Shown here: positions 9,195 to 18,549 of the stretch, one piece after another
How the letters are laid out: each line of letters starts with the position of its first letter
Numbering within the stretch: position 1 is the stretch's first letter
DNA from: Gemmatimonadales bacterium
Lineage (GTDB): Bacteria > Gemmatimonadota > Gemmatimonadetes > Gemmatimonadales > GWC2-71-9
DNA: 64,000 nucleotides
Reading direction: 5' to 3'
Assembly: GCA_037045245.1 (NCBI GenBank)
Contig: JBAOHR010000007.1
Location: forward strand, 860,604-924,603
Program-made: the position numbers and the translations under genes
The notes under the pieces: generated by a model
Databases searched by the model: none
Told to the model about the DNA's origin: nothing
What the model saw: only the letters and a program-made list of their open reading frames with translations

Positions 9195-10280
9195 TCAGGC
9201 GATCGCGCCTGCGCCCAGCGCCGGGTAATCGATGTACCCCTTCTCGCCGCCCTGATAGAACGTCGGCACATCCGGCGGATTGAGCGGTGCATCGCTCGCA
9301 AGACGGAGCGGCAGGTCCGGGTTCGCCAGGAACGGCACGCCGAACGCCACCGCCTCGGCCAGGTGCGACTCGAGCAACTCCTCGCCGGACGCCGCATCAA
9401 GCGCGGAGTTCGCGATGATCGCGCCGTGGAAGGCCGAGCGCAGCAACTGCTGCATCCGGGCACGATCCTCCGGCGAACCGCCACCGTAGTTGACGTGCAG
9501 GTACGCGAGCGGCAACGTGTCGAGCAGCGCGGCGACATCGGGGAACGTCGTGAACGGTGCGTCGTCATGCATCGCGTTGTACGGATTGAACGGCGAGAGC
9601 CGCACGCCGACCCGACCCGGTCCCCACTCCGCCACCGTGGCCTCGATCACGTCGACGAGGAAGCGCGCGCGATTCGCCACGCTGCCACCCCACTGATCGG
9701 TGCGCTGGTTGCTGCCGCTCCGCAGGAACTGGTCGAGCAGATAGCCGTTCGCGGCATGCAGCTCGATGCCATCGAAGCCGGCTTCGCGCGCATTCGCGGC
9801 CGCGAGACGGAACTGCTTCACGAGTGCCATGATCTCGTCGGCCGTGAGCTCGCGCGGTGTCTCGAAGGCCACCAGACCCTCCGGTGTCCAGGTCTCGCCG
9901 GCCGGACGGATCGCCGACGGGGCGACCGGCGTCGCGCCACCGAGCAACGACGGATGGGAGATCCGTCCCCCGTGCGCGATCTGCAGGACGATCCGTCCGC
10001 CCTCCGCGTGAACCGCGTCGGTGATCCCCTTCCACAGCGCCACCTGCTCGGGCGTCTCGATTCCCGGCGTGTTGGCGTACGAGACGCCGGTCGCCGCGAT
10101 CTGGGTCATCTCGCTGACGATCAACCCCGCCGACGCGCGCTGGGCGTAATAGGTGGTCATGATCGGTGACGGCCGACCGTCCGCCTCGGCACGGTTCCGG
10201 GTCATCGGCGCCATGACGACGCGGTTGGCGATCGGGATGGCGCCGAGCGCCGTGGCGGTGAAGAGCATCGGGTCAGCCAT
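9195..10280 (-). CDS. NADH:flavin oxidoreductase, Old Yellow Enzyme family (alkene / N-ethylmaleimide reductase-like)
   Basis: 361 aa. NRVVMAPMTR, YYAQRASAGLIVSE, QIAHGGR and GFDGIELHAANGYLLDQFL are classical OYE motifs. Confidence 0.9.
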   Translation of the reverse strand: MADPMLFTATALGAIPIANRVVMAPMTRNRAEADGRPSPIMTTYYAQRASAGLIVSEMTQIAATGVSYANTPGIETPEQVALWKGITDAVHAEGGRIVLQIAHGGRISHPSLLGGATPVAPSAIRPAGETWTPEGLVAFETPRELTADEIMALVKQFRLAAANAREAGFDGIELHAANGYLLDQFLRSGSNQRTDQWGGSVANRARFLVDVIEATVAEWGPGRVGVRLSPFNPYNAMHDDAPFTTFPDVAALLDTLPLAYLHVNYGGGSPEDRARMQQLLRSAFHGAIIANSALDAASGEELLESHLAEAVAFGVPFLANPDLPLRLASDAPLNPPDVPTFYQGGEKGYIDYPALGAGAIA

Positions 10281-10371
10281 TGGTAGTTCCTCGGAAAATA
10301 TTTGTGAAAAACGACATTGGTTGATAACACATATATGGGTACAACGTTCCCGCAGGGGGCTACCCCGCGAG

Positions 10372-10824
10372 CTACGGAAGCATCTTGTTCAACATCCCGA
10401 TCAACTGCGGCAGCTCCGCGGCACCAATCTGGTCCGTCACCCGCTTGTTGATTGCTGCCAGGTGCGGGTCAAGCGCGGCCAGCACCGCCAACCCCGCTGG
10501 CGTCACCTTCGCAATCGAATGGCGCCGGTTCTCGGTGCCCCAGCTGCGGGCTACCAATCCCTGCTTGACCAGCCGGTCGATCATCCGGGTCACGTCCGGC
10601 GCCTTGGTGATCATCCGCCCTGCCACCTCGCAGCGCGGCAGCCCGTCGTCCTTGGCCCCCCGCAGGATCCGGAGGACGTTGTACTGCTCGAGCGTGATCC
10701 CCTGCGCCTGGCAGAGTTCCGAAAACTCCCGGTTCACCTCGGCGGCCACCATCACGATGCCGACCACCGCCTCATCGGCCGGGTCAGCGAACTTGGACTG
10801 GTTGAGCCGGGAACGAATGGTCAT
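10372..10824 (-). CDS. MarR family transcriptional regulator
   Basis: 150 aa with a winged-helix core LTLEQYNVLRILRGA..GLPRCEVAGRMITKAPDVTRMIDRLVKQGLV. Confidence 0.85.
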   Translation of the reverse strand: MTIRSRLNQSKFADPADEAVVGIVMVAAEVNREFSELCQAQGITLEQYNVLRILRGAKDDGLPRCEVAGRMITKAPDVTRMIDRLVKQGLVARSWGTENRRHSIAKVTPAGLAVLAALDPHLAAINKRVTDQIGAAELPQLIGMLNKMLP

Positions 10825-10868
10825 GAGGGAACAATACGTGTTGGCAACACGGAAAGCAAGGGGAGGGG

Positions 10869-10992
10869 GGTGAACGGTGAACGGAGGGCTTCGTTACGCG
10901 TGAAACGTAAGGCGTGAAACGGGAACCAGCGGCGGGCCACGTTTCACGTTTCACCTTTCACGCCCACTCCCGTTCACCGTTCACCGTTCACC
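10869..10992. repeat. nested palindrome built from heptamer arrays (GGTGAAC and CGTGAAA families)
   Basis: Reading outward-in: GGTGAACGGTGAACGG (10869-10884), GCGTGAAACGTAAGGCGTGAAACGG, a central loop, ACGTTTCACGTTTCACCTTTCACGC, then CCGTTCACCGTTCACCGTTCACC (to 10992). It lies in the divergent marR / multicopper-oxidase intergenic region. Confidence 0.85.
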
Positions 10993-11033
10993 ATTAATCT
11001 TCGCTCACCCCCGCACCTGCACCTGGTCCCGCC

Positions 11034-12491
11034 ATGCTCCGTCGTGACTTTCTCGCCACTGCCGCCGCTGCGGCCACCCTGGTACGCGGCCGTGCGCTGC
11101 GTGCAGCCGCCGAGCCGCGCGCCCCGATGCCGTTGCCGCCGGAGATCCGTCCAACCAATCGCGTGCTCCGGGCCGCGGTCGCCAAGGCGAACGTGACGCC
11201 CACCGCGAAGGCGACCGTGTGGTCCATCCGCGCAGATGGGGCGGCGGGAGAACCACGCGTCGCGCCGACGATCCGCGCGCGCAACGGCGACGTGGCGACG
11301 CTGACCTTCCAGAACGAGCTCCCGCAGCATTCGATCCTGCATTGGCACGGGTTGCACGTCCCCGAGGCGGCTGACGGCGGTCCGCGGCTCGCCATCGAGA
11401 CGGGTGCGTCGTACAAGTACGACTTCCCGATCCAGAATCGCGCCGGCACCTACTGGTATCACGCGCACCCGCACCATCACACGGGCGAGCAGATCTATCG
11501 CGGGATGGCGGGGCTCTTCCTCGTTGGCGACGCCGAGGAGGATGCGCTCGGTCTGCCGAGCGGAACGCGCGAGATCCCGCTGGTGATCCAGGAGCGCCGG
11601 CACGACGCCGCCGGCGAATTCGTCTTCGCGCCGGTGATGCACGAGACGATGGAGGGGTACTTCGGCGACGCGATCTTCGGCAACGGCACCAGGAGTCCGT
11701 CGATCGTGGTCGAGCCGACGCTCAACCGCCTCCGCGTCGTGAACGCGACCGGCTCGCGCATCATCCGGCTCGCCCTCTCCACCGGCGAGGCGATGACGCA
11801 GATCGGCAACGATGGCGGTCTCCTCCCCGCGCCAGCCAAGGTCTTCTGGCTCGACCTCACCACCGGCGAGCGAGCCGACCTCCTGATCGACTTCTCGGCG
11901 ATCGCCGGCGGTGGCAGGGTGATGCTCAAGTCGCTGGCCTTCACGCCTTCGGGCGAGATGGGCCGGGGGATGGGCGGCATGGGGCGGATGGGCGCGGGCG
12001 GCTACGCGCAGGGGGCCGAGCTCGACCTGCTCGAATTCGTCGGCGGGAAGCGGGTCCCGGTGGTGCCATGGGTGCCAAAGCCGTTCCCGACGATCACCCC
12101 ACTCGTGCGCACCGCTGAAACGAAGGTGCGCGAGTTCCGCTTCAACAGCATGATGATGCGGCACACGATCAACGATCGCGCCTTCGACATGGATCGAATC
12201 GACGAGGTGGTGCCGTTCGGCAGCACCGAAGTCTGGCGCTTCGTGAATCCGTCGCAGTTCCCGCACCCGGTGCACATGCACGAGGTGCAGTTCCAGATCC
12301 TTTCTCGGAGCGGCGGCCGCGCGCGGCTCTTCCCCTGGGAGGCCGGCTGGAAGGACACCGTCCTGGTCCAGCCCGGGGAGACGGTCGAGGTGATCGCCGA
12401 GTTCGCGCGCCATCGGGGCCGCTATCTGCTGCACTGCCACAACGTGGTGCACGAGGATGGGGGGATGATGATGAACTTTGAGATTCGGTAG
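11034..12491 (+). CDS. multicopper oxidase, Tat-exported
   Basis: 485 aa with a twin-arginine leader MLRRDFLATAAAAA. Copper-site motifs: HWHGLHVP, WYHAHPH, HPVHMHE, HCHNVVHEDGGMM. Confidence 0.9.
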   Translation: MLRRDFLATAAAAATLVRGRALRAAAEPRAPMPLPPEIRPTNRVLRAAVAKANVTPTAKATVWSIRADGAAGEPRVAPTIRARNGDVATLTFQNELPQHSILHWHGLHVPEAADGGPRLAIETGASYKYDFPIQNRAGTYWYHAHPHHHTGEQIYRGMAGLFLVGDAEEDALGLPSGTREIPLVIQERRHDAAGEFVFAPVMHETMEGYFGDAIFGNGTRSPSIVVEPTLNRLRVVNATGSRIIRLALSTGEAMTQIGNDGGLLPAPAKVFWLDLTTGERADLLIDFSAIAGGGRVMLKSLAFTPSGEMGRGMGGMGRMGAGGYAQGAELDLLEFVGGKRVPVVPWVPKPFPTITPLVRTAETKVREFRFNSMMMRHTINDRAFDMDRIDEVVPFGSTEVWRFVNPSQFPHPVHMHEVQFQILSRSGGRARLFPWEAGWKDTVLVQPGETVEVIAEFARHRGRYLLHCHNVVHEDGGMMMNFEIR

Positions 12492-12492
12492 G

Positions 12493-12585
12493 GCGAGACT
12501 CGAGAAGCGAGAAGCGAGAAGCGTGGCCCGGCGGGGAGATCCCTCCCCTGCACCTCGCTTCTCGCCTCTCGCTTCTCGCTTCTCG
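12493..12585. repeat. inverted GCGAGAA heptamer arrays with an inner GGGGAG/CTCCCC hairpin; likely bidirectional terminator
   Basis: The left arm at 12493-12523 (CGAGAAG x3-4) pairs with 12556-12585 (CTTCTCG units). The inner stem is GGGGAGatccCTCCCC. It fills the gap between the convergent stops at 12491 and 12586 exactly. Confidence 0.85.
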
Positions 12586-13719
12586 TTACTCGACGGTCTT
12601 GTGAAATCTCCTGACCGCCAACGCCACGAACAGCACCGCAAACCCCATCAGCAGCGCCATCTGTCGCCAGAGCGCCTCGATCCCGACGCCCTTGAGCAGG
12701 ATGCCGCGGAGGACCTGCAGGAAATAGGTGAGCGGCAGCGCCGCCCCGATCCACTGCGCCGGCTCCGGCATCGCCTCGCGCGGGAACATGAAGCCGGAGA
12801 GCAGCAGGTTGGGGAGCAGGAAGAGGAAGCCGGCCTGCATCGCCTGCGCCTGGGTGCGCACCAGCGTCGAGAGCCAGAGGCCGATCGCGAGGTTGGCCCC
12901 GATGAAGCCGACTGCCGCCAGATAGAGGAGCGGCAGCGAGCCGCGCAACGGGACGTCGAAGACCAGCCGCCCCAGCGTCAGGATCACCGTCATCTGCACG
13001 TAGCCGACCAGCACGAACGGCAGCACTTTCCCCAGCATCAGCGAGGTGCGCGTGATCGGTGTCACGACCAGCTGTTCCAGTGTGCCGCGCTCGCGCTCGC
13101 GCACCACCGACATCCCCATGATGATCACCAACGTCATCGAGAGCAGGACGCCGATGATGCCTGGGACGATGTAGGTCGCGCTCCGGATCGTCGGGTTGTA
13201 GAGCGGCCGCACCACGACCTCGAGCGGCACCCCGCCGCCCCCGCGTGCGGTGACGATGTCGAGCGCACGCTGCTGGCCACCCATCGCGGCCCCGCTCATC
13301 GCCGCCTGTGACGCGAGCGGGTCGGCGGCATCGACGATCACCTGCACCTTGGCGGTGTGGTGACGCGCCAGGTCGCGGGTGAAGTCGGGCGGGATCACGA
13401 TCGCGGCGGCGACCTTCCCCGACTCGATCCACGCGGTGACCTCGTCACGACTCGTCGCGTCCGCATAGAAGCGGAAGTTCCCCGTGTTGAGGATGGTCTG
13501 CACCAGCGCGCGCGAGTCGCTGCTCTTCGCCTCGTCGTACACCGCCGTCGGGAGGTTGCGCACCTCGGTCCGGATCGCGAAGCCGAAGAGCATCAGCTGG
13601 ATCGCCGGCACGCCGACCATCATCGCGATCGTCGGCCGGTCGCGTCGGAGCTGGATGAACTCCTTCACGAGCATCGGCCACATCGTCAGCTCGCGCACCC
13701 ACGAGATCAGTCCCTTCAC
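12586..13719 (-). CDS. ABC-2 type transporter permease
   Basis: 377 aa with an N-terminal TM segment, a large periplasmic loop and a C-terminal block of 5 TM segments, as in YhhJ/YbhR-type ABC-2 permeases. 4-nt overlap with the ATPase gene. Confidence 0.85.
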   Translation of the reverse strand: MKGLISWVRELTMWPMLVKEFIQLRRDRPTIAMMVGVPAIQLMLFGFAIRTEVRNLPTAVYDEAKSSDSRALVQTILNTGNFRFYADATSRDEVTAWIESGKVAAAIVIPPDFTRDLARHHTAKVQVIVDAADPLASQAAMSGAAMGGQQRALDIVTARGGGGVPLEVVVRPLYNPTIRSATYIVPGIIGVLLSMTLVIIMGMSVVRERERGTLEQLVVTPITRTSLMLGKVLPFVLVGYVQMTVILTLGRLVFDVPLRGSLPLLYLAAVGFIGANLAIGLWLSTLVRTQAQAMQAGFLFLLPNLLLSGFMFPREAMPEPAQWIGAALPLTYFLQVLRGILLKGVGIEALWRQMALLMGFAVLFVALAVRRFHKTVE

Positions 13720-14456
13720 GCGGCCAGCCCCTCGTCCTTGGCCTGCAGCGCGATGAAGACATCCTCGACCGTCGGCTGGTTGAACTGCGCCGTGATCTGC
13801 TCCGGCGTCCCCAAGCCGATCAGGTGGCCGCGCGACAGGAAGGCGAGTCGGTCGCAGCGCGCCGCCTCGTCCATGTAGTGGGTGGTCACGAGGATGGTCA
13901 TCCCCCCTGCGGCAAATTCATGGATCAGCTCCCAGAATCGCCGACGCGCGGCCGGGTCGACACCGGCCGTCGGTTCGTCGAGGAAGACCAGGTCGGGCCG
14001 ATGCGCTGTCGCGCAGGCGAGCGCGAGCTTCTGCTTCCACCCACCCGAGAGCGTGCCGGCGAGCTGCTTCCGCCGTGGCGAGAGCCCCAGCGTCGTGAAG
14101 AGCTCCTCCTCGCGCGCCTGCTTGACCTTGCCGTGCAGGCCATACAGCCCGGCGTAGAACGAGAAGTTCTCCGCCACCGTGAGGTCGTCGTACAACCCGA
14201 AGCGCTGCGACATGTAGCCGATCCGCCGGCGCACCGCCTCGGGCTCCTTCACCGCATCGATCCCGACCACGGTCATCTCGCCCGACGTCGGCGGCATCAG
14301 CCCGCAGAGCATCCGGATCGTGGTGGTCTTCCCGCTGCCGTTGGGGCCGAGCATTCCGAACACCTCGCCGCGCGCGACGTCGAGGTCGAGTGAATCGACC
14401 GCGACCAGCTCGCCAAAGCTCTTGCGCAGCGCGCGGGTGTGGATGGCGGTGCTCAT
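13716..14456 (-). CDS. ABC transporter ATP-binding protein
   Basis: Walker A GPNGSGKTT, signature LSGGWKQK, Walker B LVFLDEPT. 4-nt overlaps on both sides. Confidence 0.9.
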   Translation of the reverse strand: MSTAIHTRALRKSFGELVAVDSLDLDVARGEVFGMLGPNGSGKTTTIRMLCGLMPPTSGEMTVVGIDAVKEPEAVRRRIGYMSQRFGLYDDLTVAENFSFYAGLYGLHGKVKQAREEELFTTLGLSPRRKQLAGTLSGGWKQKLALACATAHRPDLVFLDEPTAGVDPAARRRFWELIHEFAAGGMTILVTTHYMDEAARCDRLAFLSRGHLIGLGTPEQITAQFNQPTVEDVFIALQAKDEGLAA

Positions 14457-15484
14457 TGCGGCGGCCGGCGTGGCTGGAGCGTGACGGTGACCGGCATCCC
14501 TGGCTTGAAGCGGCCATCGCGATCGCCAATCTCGACCTTCACGCCAAAGAGCAGGTCGGCGCGTTCGTCTTCCGTGAGCGCCGTGCGCGTGACGTACTCG
14601 GCGCGCGGGTTGATCGCGACGACCCGGCCGATGCCGGGGCGATGCGGATCATTCGACGCGGCGGGCGCGTCGTCCTTCCTGGCCTTTCTCGCCACCACCC
14701 CCCCCACCCCGGGTGGGTAGATGACCGCGGAGTCGCCCACCGCAAGGGCCGTCAATACGGAGGCCGGAACGAAAATCCGCACCCAGGGCGACTGCATCGC
14801 CCCGATCCGCAGCACCGGCCCACCCACCGGCACCAGGTCACCCGGCTCCGCCAAGCGATTCAGCACCACCCCCGCGATCGGCGCCAGCAGCACGAAGTCG
14901 GCATTGGCAGCCAACCGCGCCGCCAGCACCCCTTCCGCCTGCGCCACGTCGGCCCGCGCCGCGGCAATCCGGTTGCTGCGCGTCCCCGCCTTCCGGAGCG
15001 AGAGCATCTCGCGCGCGGACGTCACCGCCGCCGCCGCCACATCGGCCGCCGTCGCGGCCGCCTCGGCCTCGCGCGGGGCAATCGCCCCGGCGTCGGCCAG
15101 CGCCTTGAGTCGATCGCGATCATGCGCGAGCCGCGTCGCATCGGCCTGCTTCGCTGCGAGCTCGGCGGCCGCCTTCGCGATCTCCTGCGGATCGGTGCCG
15201 GCCTCGAGGTCGCGCAGCGTCGCGCGCGCCGAGTTCACGCGGGCCGTTGCCGCCTGGGCGTCGGCGCTCAGCGTGGGGGCGGAGAGAATCGCGAGCGTGT
15301 CGCCGGCCTGCACCGCGGCGCCTTCATCGACGCACAGCGTGACGAGCCGGCCGGCGGCGATCGGCGCGACATCGACCTCGCGCACTTCGACGGTGCCGCG
15401 CGCGGTCAGCGCATCGTCGGCGTTGCCGCGGCAGGCGGCGAGTGCCAGGAGCACGAACGGAATGGTGGCAGCACAGCGCATCAT
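14453..15484 (-). CDS. HlyD-family periplasmic adaptor (membrane fusion protein)
   Basis: 343 aa with a signal/lipobox-like N-terminus, a long Ala-rich coiled-coil middle and beta-barrel ends. It sits between the TetR and ABC genes. Confidence 0.8.
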   Translation of the reverse strand: MMRCAATIPFVLLALAACRGNADDALTARGTVEVREVDVAPIAAGRLVTLCVDEGAAVQAGDTLAILSAPTLSADAQAATARVNSARATLRDLEAGTDPQEIAKAAAELAAKQADATRLAHDRDRLKALADAGAIAPREAEAAATAADVAAAAVTSAREMLSLRKAGTRSNRIAAARADVAQAEGVLAARLAANADFVLLAPIAGVVLNRLAEPGDLVPVGGPVLRIGAMQSPWVRIFVPASVLTALAVGDSAVIYPPGVGGVVARKARKDDAPAASNDPHRPGIGRVVAINPRAEYVTRTALTEDERADLLFGVKVEIGDRDGRFKPGMPVTVTLQPRRPPQ

Positions 15485-16125
15485 GAGCGACTCACGGGGT
15501 GCGAAGGTTCAAGGCCCGCCATCGAGAAGCGGACGACATGATCGGCGAATTGACGGACCGACGCCGGATCGCGCGTCGAGCCGGGGCGGTCGATGATCAC
15601 CTCGAGGACCGGTCCGGCGATGAAGAACCAGTTGATCTGCGACAACAGCGACACGGCGATGTGCTCCGCGGCCAGGTCGGTGCGGAATTCGCCGCGTTCC
15701 TGTCCGGCGCGGATCAGGCCGGTGATCCCGCCGAGGAGGCGACGGGTCTGCTCGCGGAGGAACGGCGTGGCGTGGCGCGCCTCGTGGTCGGCCAGCTCGC
15801 GGGCGATCAAGCGCGGCAGCAGCGGCTGGGCGAGGAACAACTCGGCCTGGCGGCGGATGATCGCGGCGATCCCAGACGCCGGGGTCTCGGCCTGCTGGGC
15901 GATGTCGGCGAGGCTGGCCGGAAAATTGGAGACCATCCGCTCGATGACGGCCTGATAGAGGGCCATCTTGTCGGCGAAGTAGTAGTAGAGCAGCGCGGGG
16001 TTCACCCCGGCGGCCGCCCCGATCTCCTTGATCGATGTTGACTCAAGTCCTTGGCGTGCAAAGAGATCGGTGGCGGCGTCGAGGATCGCCTCGCGCGAGG
16101 CCGGGGTGGGATCGGGAGCAGTCAT
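15481..16125 (-). CDS. TetR/AcrR family transcriptional regulator
   Basis: N-terminal HTH AILDAATDLFARQGLESTSIKEIGAAAGVNPALLYYYF. First gene of the efflux operon. Confidence 0.85.
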   Translation of the reverse strand: MTAPDPTPASREAILDAATDLFARQGLESTSIKEIGAAAGVNPALLYYYFADKMALYQAVIERMVSNFPASLADIAQQAETPASGIAAIIRRQAELFLAQPLLPRLIARELADHEARHATPFLREQTRRLLGGITGLIRAGQERGEFRTDLAAEHIAVSLLSQINWFFIAGPVLEVIIDRPGSTRDPASVRQFADHVVRFSMAGLEPSHPVSRS

Positions 16126-16233
16126 GGCGATACATTAATCGCTCAATTAACACTGCGCTAGGGGGCCGCCGCCAGCGCTCGCGCCACCGGCACCGGCACG
16201 CCGGCTGCGCCGGCGCTGCGGACTGACGAGCAT

Positions 16234-16278
16234 TGGTCCCTGGTCACTGGTCACCGGTCACCGGTCACCAGTCACCAG
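16234..16278. repeat. tandem GGTCACY heptamer array (about 6 units)
   Basis: TGGTCCCTGGTCACTGGTCACCGGTCACCGGTCACCAGTCACCAG ends at the stop codon of the 16279..17487 gene. Confidence 0.85.
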
Positions 16279-17487
16279 TTACGGCCCCCACGCCACGCCG
16301 TGCGGATGCAGCATCGCCCCGTTGGGCGCCTTGACCGAAATCCCCGGTGCTCCGTTCTCCTGGAAGGTGGAGTCGAGCGCGATGGCACCGGTCGCCGGGT
16401 CAAAGCGCGCCATCAGGACCCACGGCCCCATCCCGGTGACCGCGAGGCGGGTGCCGTCGCGGTTCGCTGAGACCCAGTGCGGCTTGGCGAAGCGCGCGCC
16501 GTCCACGACGAGGCGCGCGACTTCCCGCGGTGCGGCGGGATCGCTCAGGTCGAGCACCATCACGCCGGGCAGCGCGGCGACCGCCTGGATCCAGTAGTTG
16601 CCGACCGTGGTGGCCACGGCGCAGAGGTTGTCGTCGCTGTCGCCGCCCGGGAAGGTGAAGACGCGGGACGCGGTCGGCGTGTCGCCCTCGAGAGCGCGCA
16701 CCTGATAGAGGCCGCAGTAGAAGGTGTTCGCGAACATCGCGCCGTTGGCAATCGTCGTGACGGTGGACGGCGCAATGTGGCCGCGGTCCTTGCCGTTCGG
16801 CGCGAGCGAAATCAGGGCAAGCGGGGCGAGCGGCTTCGTCAACCAGAGCTGCAGCACGCTGGTGTCGTGGTACTTGTAGTCCTTCCCCATCCCCATCTCG
16901 CCGAGGCCGACGACGGCGCGATCGCGCCCGGGCACGGGATGCACGGTGTACGGCGTCATCGCGGTGTCGCCCGCTTCGCTGCTCTTCGCCACCGCGGCCT
17001 GCACCACCGCGCCGTCGCGATCGAGCTCGGCGAGTCCGCCCGCGCCGACGTACGCACCCGGCCCACCGTTGAAGGCGACGAGCAGGTTGCCATTCGGCAG
17101 CCGCGTGAAGTCGTGCGCCCACCCGATGATGCCGCCCGCGGTCTGGAGCGTGGCATGGATCGTCGGCGCGCGCGGCGTCGCGACATCGAAGAGGAAGCTG
17201 GTGTTGGCACGCCAGGCGTTGGCGAGGATCCGCCCGTCGGCGCTCGCGCGCCGCTCGATGTGATGCGGCATCGCCCCCTTCGTCCCCGACGCGACACTGC
17301 CGACGACCTGGCCGTAGGTCGCGGAGGCGGAGTCCATGTCGACCACGAGCAGATAGTCGGCCGAGGTCGAGTCCATCCCGCCGGCCCAGACGTAGGCGTG
17401 GTGGTCTGCGGACGGCGCACTCGTGGGCGCATCGGCCGATGGAGTGCAGGCCGCGAGGCCCGCGGTGAGGAGGATGAGAGAGCGCAT
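16279..17487 (-). CDS. beta-propeller lipoprotein, distantly selenium-binding-protein (SBP56)-like
   Basis: 402 aa with lipobox LTAGLAAC. The segment ADYLLVVDMDSASATYGQVV...MPHH resembles the SBP56 / methanethiol-oxidase N-terminal signature. Weak call. Confidence 0.45.
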   Translation of the reverse strand: MRSLILLTAGLAACTPSADAPTSAPSADHHAYVWAGGMDSTSADYLLVVDMDSASATYGQVVGSVASGTKGAMPHHIERRASADGRILANAWRANTSFLFDVATPRAPTIHATLQTAGGIIGWAHDFTRLPNGNLLVAFNGGPGAYVGAGGLAELDRDGAVVQAAVAKSSEAGDTAMTPYTVHPVPGRDRAVVGLGEMGMGKDYKYHDTSVLQLWLTKPLAPLALISLAPNGKDRGHIAPSTVTTIANGAMFANTFYCGLYQVRALEGDTPTASRVFTFPGGDSDDNLCAVATTVGNYWIQAVAALPGVMVLDLSDPAAPREVARLVVDGARFAKPHWVSANRDGTRLAVTGMGPWVLMARFDPATGAIALDSTFQENGAPGISVKAPNGAMLHPHGVAWGP

Positions 17488-17520
17488 CGGAAGGTCCGGG
17501 GAATTGGAAGAGGAAAGCTA

Positions 17521-17603
17521 GTCACCGCCCACCGTTCACCGTTCACTGGTCACTGGTCACAGGTCACCGGTCACTGGTCACTGATCACCGGTCACTGGTC
17601 ACC
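17521..17603. repeat. tandem GTTCACC / GGTCACY heptamer array (about 11 units), same orientation as 16234-16278
   Basis: CCGTTCACCGTTCACTGGTCACTGGTCACAGGTCACCGGTCACTGGTCACTGATCACCGGTCACTGGTCACC. It lies between the start of the 16279..17487 gene and the stop of the WYL gene, which falls inside the array. Confidence 0.85.
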
Positions 17604-18549
17604 CCAGCATCCGCCGCAACCGCTCCCGCAACTCTTCCCGCAACTCCACCGGGCTGACGATCTGCGCGTCGGGCCCGTACTGCAGCACGTGACGGATCGC
17701 CCATTCGCGATCGGCGAGCGGCATCGTCCGGAGCGCGCTGCCGTCGGTCTCGAGCAGCCCACCATCGCGCTCGGCGATCCACCGGGCGATTCCCGGACTG
17801 TATCGCACCGTCAGCTGCGGCGTCGGTTCGCCGGCGTGGAACACCTTGCCGTCGACCATCAACTGGTCGGGCGAGAAGTTGGCGGGCACCTCGTGCTCAC
17901 GATCGGTGATGGTCACCGACACGATCCGATCGCAGCGGAAGAGCCGCAGACCGTCACTGCGCTCGCACCAGCCGCTCAGGTACCAGGCGCCGCGACTGAA
18001 CCGCAGCGCGTACGGGCGCACGGTGCGCGGCTGGGCAGCCTCGTCATGACTCTTCTGGTACTGCAACTCGACCACGCGATGCCGGCGCAGCGCATCCCGC
18101 AGCCGGGGAACTGCCCGGGCCTGGTCCGGATGTGCCAGCGCGCCGTCGCGGAGCCCGTCGTAGGCGCGATCCTGCGGCAGCCTGGTGATCAGTGTCGCGA
18201 GGCGTTCTCGAAGCTCGGTCGTCGGCAGCGGATCACCGCCATCCTGCTCGCGCTCGAGGAGCGCGAGTCCGAGTTCGAGCGCACAGAGCTCGGCCACCGT
18301 GAGTCGCATCGGCCGCCGGAAGTGATCGGTGCGCACCGACACCCGGTCCCCTTCGATCATCACGGCGACGCCCTCGACGAAGCCACCGGGATCGTCGAAA
18401 CGATCGGCCAGGGCTTGCAGGTCGGCCGACAGTTGCGCCACCGGCACGCCGCATTCGGCGGCGAGCTCGTCGAGTCGCTGCGTGTCCCGCTCCGCGAAGC
18501 GCGGCAGGAGGGTCGTCAACCGTCGAAAGCGCGCGGCCGCGGTGCTCAT
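17599..18549 (-). CDS. HTH-WYL domain transcriptional regulator (PafC-like)
   Basis: The start ATG at 18549 overlaps the upstream stop (ATGA). WYL core: RTVRPYALRFSRGAWYLSGWCERSDGLRLFRCDRI. The longer track ORF (to 19227) is a shadow extension. Confidence 0.8.
   Translation of the reverse strand: MSTAAARFRRLTTLLPRFAERDTQRLDELAAECGVPVAQLSADLQALADRFDDPGGFVEGVAVMIEGDRVSVRTDHFRRPMRLTVAELCALELGLALLEREQDGGDPLPTTELRERLATLITRLPQDRAYDGLRDGALAHPDQARAVPRLRDALRRHRVVELQYQKSHDEAAQPRTVRPYALRFSRGAWYLSGWCERSDGLRLFRCDRIVSVTITDREHEVPANFSPDQLMVDGKVFHAGEPTPQLTVRYSPGIARWIAERDGGLLETDGSALRTMPLADREWAIRHVLQYGPDAQIVSPVELREELRERLRRMLG

Noticed and set aside
16234-17603. Heptamer arrays, here and at 989, 12493, 39769 and elsewhere, considered as possible CRISPR arrays.
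   Set aside because: The period is 7 nt with no spacers, no 25-40-nt repeat unit and no cas genes. They are microsatellite-like arrays, not CRISPR.
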